DNA of 61,604 bases, filler included, from Globobulimina sp. (taxonomy: Eukaryota), in the NCBI GenBank assembly GCA_003354225.1. It is 22 parts of 22 records of this genome, joined end to end, with 100 filler letters (N's around TTAATTAATTAA, not from the genome) between each part and the next. Parts side by side here need not be neighbours in the genome. Positions count along the whole stretch, not along the records: positions 11,225 to 13,930 come from PIVH01005263.1; positions 14,031 to 16,736 come from PIVH01005264.1; positions 16,837 to 19,542 come from PIVH01005265.1; positions 19,643 to 22,348 come from PIVH01005266.1; positions 22,449 to 25,153 come from PIVH01005267.1; positions 25,254 to 27,958 come from PIVH01005268.1; 16 more parts are not named here. One strand, written 5' to 3'. Position 1 is the stretch's first letter; every line of letters starts with the position of its first letter. Both the position numbers and the translations under genes were made by a program. Positions 13,266-26,516 of this stretch are shown piece after piece. Below the pieces are notes generated by a model. It saw only the letters and a list, made by a program, of their open reading frames with translations. It ran no database searches and was not told where the DNA came from.

Positions 13266-13462
13266 AATTAAATCAAGTTACATTGAGTTAGAGACTAAAG
13301 GCGTTTTTTTAAAACTTATATTTAGACCCCCACGTACCTTATTAGTTATATAAGTTGAAGAAAGCTTAAGCAATTTGGACAAAAAAGTATCGATGGTCAA
13401 TGTTTTGATTTACGTGTAACGTGTTGATGGTCAATGTTATGATTACATTACACAATTTATTG

Positions 13463-13930
13463 CTATCCTTGATTGCTATCATCAAAGAATAATACATAAA
13501 GACACATAGCGCCAATAACAATCACCTTAACAATCGGTTTCTCATTAATCCAAATAGTTAAAAATCCAGCTTGTGGGACATATATAATTGCTTTGCCCAT
13601 CAAATCCTCCTTACTTAACCACATCTGTCCTTGTGCATAAATGCCATATGCATCATCCACTTGGTTGTTATCCCCCTTTGTCAATAAACGGAATTTGCCA
13701 TTGGCACTGTTTATATTTATAATAACACATCAATGCAATTACAATTACAATTACGCAACGGCATAATGTGTGCGCAAGGATACAATATTAATAATACTAA
13801 ACTCAGTGTGTGTTTGTATTACTCTATGAATGATTGGAATGTCTCTTTCTCGAATATTGAAAAAAAAGATATCACCAACTTCAAAAGTTTTAGGCATCCA
13901 TAAGGCTAAAATATCGCCTCTCCACATTGT
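13463..13930 (-). CDS. SEC11: Signal peptidase complex catalytic subunit SEC11, 5' truncated
   Basis: Motifs RGDIL, VGDI, IPIIHRVI, LTKGDNNQVDD and a C-terminal TM. Intron 13707-13802. Confidence 0.95.
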
Positions 13931-14030
13931 NNNNNNNNNNNNNNNNNNNNNNNNNNNNNNNNNNNNNNNNNNNNTTAATTAATTAANNNNNNNNNNNNNN
14001 NNNNNNNNNNNNNNNNNNNNNNNNNNNNNN

Positions 14031-15948
14031 TGCATGCTCCACTTTATTAATACAGAAATGTACGATATTTACATCCAATCCAATATGCGAAATATTGCCA
14101 CAAGTCACTATCACAAACATAGTAAACTCCGATAGCATAAATGCTAAAAATAACATTAAAATCAATATTATCGCTTATAATGAATGCAATTTATTAATCT
14201 CGCGGTTTGGTGCTGTTAATGGCGATATTTCGTCATTAAATGTGTACAATTATTGCAATGGTATGATAAATGAAGTAAATATAAATAATATGAATAGTAA
14301 CAATGTATACAACTCAGTGAATAATTATATTACATATTATCGGAATACGTACAATAATGAAATAACGTGTTTTTTATATGATCATGGAAACGAATTTAGT
14401 TTAAATTGTTTGTCCGTCAGTTTGCAAACGGTTCGTGTGCCAACAATATCGCCTACAAATCCGCCACAAGTCAGTATAAATAATATCAGTCACTCACAGA
14501 ATGGGTTGGGGCCTTTTAGCGATGCGTCATTTATCACCATTGTGGTGGTGGGTGGCATTGTGATCGTTTCCTGCTTAGTTTGTGGCGTTGTGTGTTTTAC
14601 CAAATACCAAAAAGAGAAACTTCGACAGGAATGGTATAAACAACGCGAACTCAAGAAAAATAAACGCAAAAAACGACAGCAAAAACATATAATTCCACCC
14701 AGTTAATTGTTATATATATATATTGTGTTTGTGTTATTTTATTTGTGTCTGTTACTTCTTAGATGGCAGCGAACTGAGTCTATGCAGCAATACGATGAAT
14801 ACGATGAATACGAATACATTTATGACCTCACGTAATATCAATGGCAATTATACAGAGAGTGAGTATGAAGAAAGTACACTAAAATTAAGCAACTTTAACG
14901 CGAAATTGCCCCATAAAAAACGGCATGCTTCACAGTCAAATTCAACGTCATGGATACGGGCAAAGTCATATCCACGATTACCACCTAAACATAAGGCGGA
15001 TAGACAAGCATCGCAAGTCGAGGCATCATGTAAATATAAAGAAAGGAAAACCAGTATTAGTCATCGCAGCTTATACCCAGAAGAAGGAGGAGGAATAGGA
15101 ATTGATGAAACCAACACTGATGTTACACATTATAACACTACGTATTCTATGGGCGATATTACACGTTAAGTTTCTATGGAAAATATATATTTATGCCACC
15201 AATTGTTGTGCAATACGCTCACAATGTGTACACAGCTTTGGATTTAGGTAAACCGATTGAAATTGTGATCGCAGAAAAAGACCGAAAAGTTAGATTTTCA
15301 GCCGATGCACAATATCAGCACTCCAAATATCAATTGGTTCCAATCAAAAAGAACGACAGAAAGCAATTATCAGCAGACACCACAACCACAACGAGTTCAC
15401 TGTATCTCATGCCATCGTCCACTGATTCATCGTACGATGGCGAGACAAGTCCGTCGTCACAAACTATTGAGTACCATGACGGTGTGCATCCCAGTTGTTT
15501 GACCAGGCCTTCATTACACTTTTCCACTCCATTAAAAAGCTCAAATTCAATGGGAAATTTGGCTGCAAATGGCATGGATGATAATATCGCCTCGGAATTG
15601 TCGGTATTGTCACGGTGTTCATTTGAAAACGATGAAAATGAAGAAAATGAGGAACAAAAATTAATAGAAACACATGTTTCTGAAATGCCAACTCCAGGCG
15701 GCGGTGATGGAGGTGGTAGCGGCTCAATATATACATATAAAGAATTAAGGATTTATCCTAAAATTACACGGAGAATGAGTGCTTGCGGCAGTGTTAATTA
15801 TAAAAAGTATCAATATCAGAATGTAAATGTAAATGGAATAGACAGCGAGGACGATGATGGCGTAAATGTAGATAGTTTGAATGAGAATGCTTTTAAGCGT
15901 AAAAAAATATTATTGCCAAAATATGAGGAATCTTCCTTTCAATTATAA
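14031..15948 (+). CDS. Single-pass membrane protein with long disordered cytoplasmic tail, 5' truncated
   Basis: TM FITIVVVGGIVIVSCLVCGVVCF followed by a basic stretch. Phase-compatible introns 14702-14762 and 15165-15235 join three ORFs. Confidence 0.7.
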
Positions 15949-16354
15949 GTGATTTGTTTTTTTATAATCTTTATAGCGTTTTTTTGCGCGAATGGCAGCA
16001 ATCCGCAGCATATTATATATAATGATTTGTTTGTGACTTATATTTTTTTAGCTTTTTTTTTTGTTATTTTTTTTTGTGTGTCAATCATATTTATAACGAT
16101 ATAATATTTTTTCTCATTGTAATTTTTTTGTTTTTTTGTTTTTTTTTTGGCTTTTTTTCACATTTTGGGTATAGATATCTACAATAAAAAAAATGAAATT
16201 GTATGTAAATTTTTCTTTTTTCCTTTTGGTTGCATGTTTTAAAGATCGTCATTAATATATTACTTTAGATTTATTTTTTTCCAATTGACTTTTTAGGTTC
16301 ACACTTCTAAACACTTCTTTTGTGATTGACTAAGTTTTTTAAAGTTTTTTGCAG

Positions 16355-16415
16355 TGAAAATAGAAATCGTTTATCATACAAAAAAAAACAGTAAATGAAA
16401 ATAGAAATCGTTTAT
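16355..16415 (+). repeat. 20-bp direct repeat
   Basis: tgaaaatagaaatcgtttat at 16355-16374 and 16396-16415, in intergenic DNA. Confidence 0.8.
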
Positions 16416-16523
16416 TTATTACATAATTCACATTACACAGTTTAATTTATAAAAAAAGTATTGATTTATGAGATGTCGGGAAAGTATTAATCAGATACAT
16501 ATGACATATGTGTACATTTACAT

Positions 16524-16736
16524 TCATTGCTGAGCATTATTAGCATGAACTTTATAATAATGCTGAGGATCAATCTCTTCCTTAATTTTATTCCATTCAG
16601 CACCGCAATTTGTAGCACCATACCAATATCCACCAAATACCTCACCATCACCATTTATCATACTATAATCACCCGATGACCCCCCACTTTTTGTATATTT
16701 AATATGTGGAGGTACTAAAAATAATAAATGCACTCT
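16524..16736 (-). CDS. 3' end of hypothetical protein
   Basis: Open to the contig end with protein-like composition (FGGYWYGATNCGAEW). No family recognised. Confidence 0.4.
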   Translation of the reverse strand, partial: RVHLLFLVPPHIKYTKSGGSSGDYSMINGDGEVFGGYWYGATNCGAEWNKIKEEIDPQHYYKVHANNAQQ

Positions 16737-16887
16737 NNNNNNNNNNNNNNNNNNNNNNNNNNNNNNNNNNNNNNNNNNNNTTAATTAATTAANNNNNNNN
16801 NNNNNNNNNNNNNNNNNNNNNNNNNNNNNNNNNNNNCTGAGAGAATTGTCAAAAACAGCTTATTAAAAATAAAGTTTATCTAAAGGC

Positions 16888-19542
16888 ATGATGGCAGACC
16901 AAATCACAACTTTACATCCACCAAATATCAACACTTTACAAAATGAACAAAAAGATGTGATTGAAAAACCTCGTAAATCGAATCGCATATACTTTACATT
17001 TTATTTCTTCCTATGGATGTTTATTGGTTCATTATGGATATTGCCTCCTTTATTATTTCATAAGATATCAATCCAATGCAATTTAACATTGCTAGAAACA
17101 TCAATATTATTTTCTATTTACTATATATCCAACGGAATATCATCATTGCTTTCTACATTTATACTAAATTCAAATTATTTTGTAAAAACACATATTTTGA
17201 CTGCCATACTAATCCTAACCTGTATGATATCATTGCAACTTATTCCATCCACAAATACGTATTTCAATCAAACCATACTATGGATAGTTGTAAGCATTGT
17301 AGATGGATATATAAACAACGCAGCTCCGGTATACATATATCGAATATATCACATTGAAGCATCCGTAATGTTAACTTTATGCACATTGATTGCCAACTTT
17401 GTCATGATAATAATATCAATGTCAATCGTAAATACGCAATCTTACCGAGGTACAATTAATTTTATCACATTCTTTGGTTGCATTACTTTTTTAGGTTTAA
17501 TTGCATTGCGAACACCGACACAAAAAGAACTCATTAAAACAGTAAAACAAGCAAGAAATGAAATGATTGGAAAGAAACTAGAAACCATAGCTGACCACAA
17601 AGATTATACATCGTCGAGAGCACTTGTCATAAATGAGAGCACTGACATCGATGCCAAAGATTCTGCAGATTTGGACAAATGGCACAGTATGAAAAATAGT
17701 GTATTATTCAATAATCGCTCTTCAATGTCGGCCACCTTATCCACATATTTCCATCAGTATGCGCCAGAAATATCATTTAACCCATCTGTGATAAATACGA
17801 TACGGAGTGCCAATCGAGATTCACATATCCAATATCCCATCAATGCTATGATTCAAAGTCAAACCAGTCCCCGCAAATTAAAAATAAAAACCAGAGTGTC
17901 GTCAAAGAATAACCGCCAACTAAACACACCCACTCTCACTACAACAAAACAACTGCTCCGAAGGTCCACCACTGACAATATCAAACCACAGTCACCAAAT
18001 ACAGCGGCAGTACACACCAAAATTATCGCATTTTCTACAAATCCACCGATTTTAGCACATTCTGCAAAGGAGTCGACCTGTATTACATTAGAGTTAATAT
18101 GGAAGGAATTGGAGGATGGGGAAAAACAACGAAAACAACAAGAACCAGCAGCAAAAAAACAAAGCAGTACATTTGTACCAGAAACACCGTTGCCGGCTTC
18201 AGATATGACACCCATTGATATATATGATGCAGCTGACAACATACCGATACAACAAATATTTGATGCAGCCGACAAACACAATGACATATTACAACAAATT
18301 GAAGAGACCCAAATGGATCCGGACCAAATGGAGGATAAAATAGATAAACGCATTGCACCTCAATTAAGAATATATGCCCAATCGAGCAGTAATGCACATA
18401 AAGAGCAGCAGGAATTGACTGAAAAGGAAAAAGAATCAATTATATATAAAATGAAAAAACAGATATCTGCACAGAGCAGTATTATCGTATCACAATTTTC
18501 TGGTGGCAATATCACGGATTATACGTCAGGCGGCACAGAGAATGCATCCGCTACAAATACGCCGGCTATCACACCAACTACGCGCACTTTGCGCAAAAAA
18601 AGTACGCGCAGAGTATTATTCGCAGAAAATATACGGCTGGAAACTGATGATATTATGAGTGATAACTTTGATGTTGGACATAGCAATAAGACATCAACAA
18701 ATTTCCCGTCCACTTTTACTCCAAAAACAGATGATGGTGGATATTGGTTTGATATTGAAAAACGATTAGAATCATTCAGTTTGATGAGTAAAAGAGCAGA
18801 TACCGCATTAGCTTCGTATGTGTATAATGAGCAGAATGAAACGGTGCACTCTTTGCAGAATGTATCGGGTGTCTATAATAATGAACATCGCGCGTCTGAT
18901 ACATTTAGTAATGACAATGAATACGATGTTACATTAAATAGAATGTCGACGCGGACATTAAATAGAATGTCGATGAAATCAATTAATGAAACAAGAGAGC
19001 AAACTTCGTCAAATAATAACGATAATGTGCAATATATTGCACATATAAATGATCGACAACAGCAAAAACAACAAAATAAGTCCAAAAATAATAAAATAGG
19101 AAAGGAAAATGTTGAAAATGTTTATTTAAAAAAATCCAAACAAATATTATTTATTTATATTGTATTAATAACAATGATATATAGTGCATCGAGAATATGT
19201 TATTTAAGTTTTATTACCATTTACATTTTAGATTTTGTTGGCGGCAAAGAATTTGTTGCAATATGGCTAATTACAATATATTGTTTTGGTCATTTTATAT
19301 CACGGATAATTATCATTTTTTTGTTAAAAAAGTATTCATCCAAAAATATTTTATTAGTTTGTCAATTTTTTATGTTATTAAATTGTATTATTTTATTAAT
19401 GGTGGATTGGTTGCATATTGGCAAACCGATTGAAAATAAGCAATCCAAGAAATTTACAAAAGTTATGTTGTGTTTAATATTATTTATTGCCGGATTGACA
19501 TCATCGCCAATATATATTGTTTCATTTGCATTTTTAAATAAA
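16888..19542 (+). CDS. MFS-type transporter with very long central loop, 3' truncated
   Basis: Six hydrophobic helices in the first ~205 aa, a ~550 aa hydrophilic loop, then at least four more helices with MFS-like spacing (FGHFISRII). Confidence 0.75.
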
Positions 19543-19642
19543 NNNNNNNNNNNNNNNNNNNNNNNNNNNNNNNNNNNNNNNNNNNNTTAATTAATTAANN
19601 NNNNNNNNNNNNNNNNNNNNNNNNNNNNNNNNNNNNNNNNNN

Positions 19643-20330
19643 ATGATATTTTCGATAAATCTACACTCTGACTCGGAGAGATTTGATTTTTATTATATTG
19701 TTGTGTACTGAGTGATGTTTTCGCTGTTCGGAATTTATTTGCATCAAATCCATGTTGCTTCAAATTCTCTGCATATAACTCCAAATTATCCACCACTTCA
19801 TCTGCTAATTCTGTTTCACGTTCTTCATTTTCTGGTTGTTTGTCGATAACAATTTCTTCATTTTGAGTTTGAATGAGACCAAAAGGATGATATACATCTT
19901 CCAATTCAATATTTTTGTTAGTTTCAGTATTGTGGTGTGCATCATTTGTATTTATTGTATGAGTTGCAAATTCTACAAATGACTCATTATTCGGAAATTG
20001 AACATCTTCGGAAATTTCATTTGATTTTGTTTCTATATTATGCGTATTTTTATTATTATTGTGAGTGCCTGCATCCATTTGTTGCAATCGCATAACCTCA
20101 TTAGCGATGGATCGATTATTTGCAAATGACGTTGGTAATTCATCTTCTTCCGATGACTCATATTGTCCTTGATTGATATCATGATGTTGTTGTAATTGAT
20201 GTGGATTTACTCGTTCTGTATTTGGTTGAATTACAATATTGCTATTTTGACATATTGTTACATTTGGAAGGGAAACTTTAGTTGGTGATTTGGAGTGCGC
20301 TACAGAGAGAGAAGAGGAACAACAGCCCAT
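19643..20330 (-). CDS. Dually acylated (MGCC) hydrophilic protein, 3' truncated
   Basis: MGCCSSS N-terminus fits myristoylation plus palmitoylation. The remainder is acidic and low-complexity. Confidence 0.65.
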
Positions 20331-20641
20331 ACTAAATATAGTGTTCTTGCTTTTTTGGTAACAAAAAGTTTTTTGTCTTGGTTAGTGAGAATATATTAAA
20401 ACAATGCAAAATGATATTGCAAATAAAGTCCTAGGTCCTAGGTCCAATTTATATTGCGCAATATAAGAACAATTACCCCTTACAAATTTACAATGTACAG
20501 ATCAAGAAATGTTAAAAACAAAAGGAAAAATTATTCATGATAACTAACAAATAATCATTAATTTTAATCGCACAACCATTAATTCGAACTTCGAGCTTTA
20601 CTCTTTCCACAAACCTTTACCCCTTTAACATAACTGAAACA

Positions 20642-22320
20642 ATGTCAGCGCTATCAACAGTTAGCATTTTACTGAATATTCTAATACTGGAATGTATGAA
20701 TGGTCGTGTTTTAAATGAAATTGGTCGTTTATACATCCCACATACAGGTACCGGTCCAAATACATCACACATGCACCGCAACACATTATATCGATAACAG
20801 ACATCCCAGGCGCAGAAAACGCAGCAATTGACACTGATAATGATCGAATATTTGTAGCAGACGGTCACGACAAATCCGTAAATTCGCTGGATTTCACTTT
20901 AGACGCAAACTTAACATTTGCAGAGATCGAACCATCCAAAAACATCTATTTAGAGCCAGCATTTGAGGAATTAGGAAAAAGCAAAATAAATATTAGCGAC
21001 GTAACCTGCGTAGCAATGTCGCCCAAAGGCTATGTTTTAGCCACCATAGTTCCAGTAAACCACTCACTAAATAACGGATGGTTAGCATTCATAGATCCGG
21101 CAAACCAAACTGTTTTTGATTTGTACGAAATGGATAATTGCTATTTACCCGATCATGTTACAACTACCAATGATGGCGACATCATCTTGGTAGCATGCGA
21201 AGGCGAACCAAATCAAAATGAACAGCCACAACCCGCCATAAACCCACCAGGAAGTGTCGGATATTTAAATGTCAGCTCTCAAGATGCCTCACAATGGACA
21301 TATATCAATATTGGTTTTCAACAGTTTGATATCGCCGGCGATAAACATGCATTATTGCCCACTGATATATATTATCCATTACCTGACCCATTGCCTCATA
21401 ATGCATTTAGTTTATCAGCTGAACCAGAACATATTGTGGTTGATTCTGACGATGAATATGCGTATATAGCACTGCAGGAATCCAATGCATTGGCTATATT
21501 GGATATAAATAGTGCGGAAATAACAAATATTTTCACTTTAGGTGTTACAGATTTTGGTGCCAATGATAATGGGTTGGATGCCTCAGACCGGGATGATATG
21601 ATTAATATTGTTCCCTATGATAACTTATATGGTATGCGGCAACCAGACGATATTGCTTATTTTCAGTTTGTCAGTGGTCGCAAATTTATCTTTACTGCGA
21701 ACGAAGGGGATAGCAAAGGGTTTGATGCCTCGCGTGTTAACAAGTTAGTGTTAGATGAGGTATTTGGGGATGACAATTTTACCGCATATGTACAGGACGA
21801 TGCTGTTTTGGGCAGATTAAAAGTGTCGAATTTAATTGGCATGAATGAGAATAGCAGTTTTCATGAACTGTATACATTTTCTAGTCGTGATTTCACAGTG
21901 TATGAGGTGATGAGTGATGCAGCAGGCAAACCAATCAATATTTCACTGCATTTTTCATCTGGCAATGATTTCGAAGTGATAACATCGACATTGATACCGG
22001 GGGGGTTTAATAGCGATTATTCAGGGCAGTCTTTTGATGCTCGGTCGGATGCAAAAGGCCCAGAACCTGAAGGTATCACAGTGGGGCAATGTGAGAATGG
22101 GAGGAAATATGTATTTATTTGTTTAGAACGTGTTGGTGGTGTAATGGTATATGATTTTACAGATATTGATAATATTTCGTTTGTGGATTACGTGAATAAT
22201 CGTAACTTTTCGGTGCGATATGATGTAGAATGGGGGCGACCGCCCAGTGCTGCGGGGGATATTGGCCCGGAACAAATGAGTTGGATTGCTGGCGATATTT
22301 ATGGTGAACCGTTGTTGGTG
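20642..22320 (+). CDS. Secreted choice-of-anchor I / MSP130-like (alkaline-phosphatase-associated beta-propeller) protein
   Basis: Signal-like N-terminus and intron 20748-20800. Motifs GAENAAID, LPDHV, ACEGEP, AEPEHI, LQESNA, DASDRD, GMRQPD, TANEGD, RSDAKGPEPEG, LERVGG, GPE. Confidence 0.85.
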
Positions 22321-22448
22321 GTGGACGCGTTCGAGGGGCCGATGCCGCNNNNNNNNNNNNNNNNNNNNNNNNNNNNNNNNNNNNNNNNNNNNTTAATTAA
22401 TTAANNNNNNNNNNNNNNNNNNNNNNNNNNNNNNNNNNNNNNNNNNNN

Positions 22449-24486
22449 TTTTCACCGCTTCCTTCCACTGCACCTTACTCCATTCCAAATCCTTTTTTCT
22501 TTCTAATTTCGCAAAAAAATCTTTCTTTTCTAAATTGAACGTTTCAGACTTACCCAAATCCTTTCTTTGCGCTTCTTTTTTGATTGTTTTCTTTTCATTT
22601 TGCCCCATTATCCATTTTCGTTTCCCTCTGGAAAATATTTCAGATTCATAAGTTAATAAATTGTGCGACCTTTTTAATTTTCTATTTAATATTCTCATTT
22701 CTCGCTCTTTATTTTCAGATTTTAGCAACGGAACGGTTTCCTGTTTAATATCATTTATTTTATTCAAACACCATAATACAAACTCGTTATTTAGCGTTCT
22801 CGACTTAATATTTGTATTATTCCCGCTGGTTTTTAATAATTTCTTGACCAATTTCTTGCGTTTATCACTGACAAACGTGCACGAATAGCCCCGATGGCCT
22901 GCTCTCGCAGTTCTGCCCACGCGATGGATATACGTCTTTATATTGGTTGGAAACTCCATATTTAAAACTAAATCAATATCACAAATATCCAGGCCACGCG
23001 AGGCAATATCTGTACATATCAATTTCATGCCACTTTTGCTCTTAGTTTGTTTAAATGACTGTAATGCTTTCAATCGGCCATATTGCGACAAATCACCATG
23101 TAATTCAATACATTTTATATCAAAAAACTCGCAAATAATTCGCAATAAATGCGTCTCTTTTTTGGTACGACAGAAAATAATACATTTCAAATGATAAAAA
23201 GTGCTCAATAACAATGCCAAAAGCATTGCTTTTCGATACTTTTCTTGTCCAACATGTAAACGGATAAACTCTTGCGTCAAAAACTTATTATTTAACGATA
23301 AAGATTCATCCATCGAAACACGTTGCACATTATGCTCATTTAACGATATTTTTGCTAACGACAACACACTGTCAGTCAACGTGGCGGAACATAGAATATT
23401 TTGCCGCTCTCGTTTGCCTGGCAAATATGCAAATATTTCATGTAATTCTGCCTGAAAGCCCATCGACAACAATTTATCCGCTTCATCCAATACTAATATC
23501 TCAATAAACGACAATATTTTATCATTATAGTTGTGTATTAAATCAATGATACGTCCCGGTGTAGCTATGATTATATCACAGCCATTGCCATTGCCACCAA
23601 TACCCATCAATTTATTATACTGTTCATCACAGGAAACGCCACCAATTATTACCTGACATTTGAGCTTGAATTTGCTGGTAAATACGCAAAATACGTCACA
23701 AATTTGAATGGCCAATTCACGCGTTGGCGTTACTATTAATATGCGGCCACAAATGGACTCATTGTCATTAGTGTCCTGTGTCTGAGGCGACAGAATTAAG
23801 CGCTGTATGATGGGTATTATAAAAGCACCCGATTTGCCACTGCCAGTCACGGCATTTATTAATAAATCATAGCCTTTCAAGGCCAATGGAATGGTCTCTC
23901 TTTGAACGGGCGTTGGATAGTTCCATCTTAAATCTTTTCTGACGATGGAGAGGATTATTCGCGATATGCCTAATAAACTAAAATCAGACGACGTATCGCC
24001 ACATTCTCCGACTTCAGAGGAGGATGGCTTTTTGTTTTTTTTGTTTTTTTTGTTTTTTTGTTCATGAATGTTCGTGTTTTTACTCTTTTTTTGCATGTTT
24101 TTAATGTTTGTTAACCATTTTTCATCCTCTTCGCGCAATTTTGGCCTTTTTTTGTACGTTTTTTCTAAACGCATCTTGTATTTAGCTTTAAATTTTCGTA
24201 TTTTGTCTTCGATGGTGGTTAAAAATGATAAATCTGCATTTTCGCGAGCTAACTCAAGTAATGTTTTATTATTTATCTTTGTTAAATTGTGATTATTCTT
24301 ATTATTTGATTCATCATCATTTGAATGTTTATTATTAATGTGATTGTTATCATCCTTATCCATACCATCAAATACAAACTCATTATTCATCTCCACATCG
24401 GATCCTTCGTCTTTATCATTAGGATGAGATTGTGTTAATAATCCTTTTGGTTGTTCCACTACAAACTCATCCAAATTAAAAGCCAT
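22449..24486 (-). CDS. DDX27: DEAD-box RNA helicase DDX27/DRS1-like, 3' truncated
   Basis: Q motif PTPVQ, AVTGSGKS, PTRELA, ATPGR, DEAD, SAT, LTQEFIR, LHGDLSQ..R, TDIASRGLD, HRVGRTARAG. LTQEFIR and the basic C-terminus point to DDX27. Confidence 0.85.
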
Positions 24487-24570
24487 GTTAATTTTTTAAA
24501 ATATTTTTCTTAAGGTGAAAAATGTAAAGTGAGTGACTTGTAAATCACGCGTTAATAATATCACATTAGA

Positions 24571-24717
24571 AAGAGCATCCGGTCTTCAGCGTCAGATTTT
24601 TATTGGGGTAAGGTATAAGCAAACCGTTTCTGGTGACTGATAAAGGTAAAAATAATAGAGGTTTGCCTTCGTTTCTCTGAAACAATAAAAATCTGACGCT
24701 GAAAACCGGATGCTCTT
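24571..24717. mobile_element. MITE-like element with 35-bp terminal inverted repeats
   Basis: 24571-24605 (aagagcatccggtcttcagcgtcagatttttattg) is the reverse complement of 24683-24717 with one mismatch. Inner gcaaacc/ggtttgc also pair. No clean TSD. Confidence 0.65.
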
Positions 24718-25253
24718 ATATATACCACAAAACAACAATAACATATTATTATTATTACATTATTTGAAAGGAGTTCGCACTTTTATGCCCATTGTGATAA
24801 TTACCATTTACTTCCTCATCATTTATTTCCTCATCATCAAACTCATTGGGTGAAAACACACATTTTGCAAATAGTTTCCATAGTACATAACTACAGTAAC
24901 GTCAAATGACTATAGCTATGACTATTGTCATGACAATAGCTAAAAAACTGATAATTTTCGTCTTCGCTTTCTTTATTCATCTCAGGCAATATCTAACAAA
25001 AAATATCGGGTTCAACGGATGTCGCTTTTGTTGAATCAATTCCTTTGTCCTATTTAGTATTTACAACCTCATTCGCGTGCTCTCCTTGCATATAATTCAC
25101 TTTTTTTAATTTATATTTTGCTTCGATTGCAATATATTCGTTGATTTTGTGCCNNNNNNNNNNNNNNNNNNNNNNNNNNNNNNNNNNNNNNNNNNNNTTA
25201 ATTAATTAANNNNNNNNNNNNNNNNNNNNNNNNNNNNNNNNNNNNNNNNNNNN

Positions 25254-25782
25254 TGTTTGTTCACTTAATAAATGGAAGCAAGAACATAATAAATATATAT
25301 TATCGTCGCGTGGATTTGCAGCAAACAGCGGTACGCATGAATGGAAGATCAAAATCTTAAAATGTTCGCAACATCGGCAAGAATTTGGTGTAATTAGCAA
25401 TTTTGATGAAAATATTTGCATGAATGAGTATGGAGTGTGTGATACACAGTTGTTTGGTGCGAGATGTGTCTACGGATACAATAAGTTGATGAAATTGAAT
25501 AAGAATGGCAAATGTAAGAGAATTGAACATAATTTTTACTATGCATCGTACAATAAGGACAACAGCGCGCGATGCAATAAAGACTTGTCAGCATTGAATA
25601 TTCATCAAAGGCCGTGGGCGGAAGGAGATGTTATTACAATTTGTTTAAATTTAACCAAAGCGAGTATTAAATTCTTTTTAAATGCGAAACAAGTCAGAAA
25701 AACAATATCTATCGAAAGGAATACGACTTATTATCCTATCATATTGTTTTCCGGTGACTGTAGATTTAAAGTTATTTCATAA
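25254..25782 (+). CDS. SPRY/B30.2-like domain protein, C-terminal part
   Basis: Open from the contig start. Motifs HEWKIKI, QEFGVI, GDVITICLNL, IKFFLN, YYPII. Confidence 0.75.
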
Positions 25783-26516
25783 TAAATTGTTTATTATATA
25801 TTGTGCATGGCTCGTATATTAAAAATAATGTACGTCCACTTTTTTACTTTTATTTTATTCAATTTTTGTATTTATGCTTTATGACACCTTTATTATGTAT
25901 TTTTTTTGTGATTTTCTTTTTTCATTTTTTGATTCAAATCATTATAATGAACGTATAATATTATTGCACTTAGCCCCTTTATGATACTGTAGACCACACA
26001 TAAAAGTGTCGTAAGGTATATTTGTTTGTGATATTAAAATTGCATATTTGATGCGTTTTAATGTATGTGTAAGATATATCATTATACCTATTGTTAATCG
26101 ATCAGACTTTATTTCTTATTTTTGTTTGTTTAATATTTTATACTAAATGAATATTATTTAATTTTGTTTGGTAATGGTTTTATTCAATATATATTCAGTA
26201 TTATTCACCCTCACCATCGTTAATTATCCACATTCTAATATATACGCATACAAATACAAATGTACAGTTATCAGATATCGTATTAAGAAGGATCTTTTTG
26301 AGATTTAGCATTTGTTTTCAGAGTGTATTCAGGTTTTCAAATTCAGAGCACGCGTTTTCATGCACGAAATTTAGAAACATGTGAAAATCTACAAACTAAA
26401 ACCTAAGTTCATTAATTTCAGCAACTTGTATATATAGATAACCCCCCGTCTAGTCGATATTTTGTAGTATATTTATATACGTTAAAAGAAGCTATTAATT
26501 GTATACAATATAAAGG

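Noticed and set aside
15950-16350. Long T-rich tract
   Set aside because: Looks like ordinary low-complexity 3' UTR/intergenic sequence with no defined structure.
24786-25153. Possible minus-strand gene fragment
   Set aside because: Several stops, uncertain splicing and no recognisable motif, so it is not supportable.
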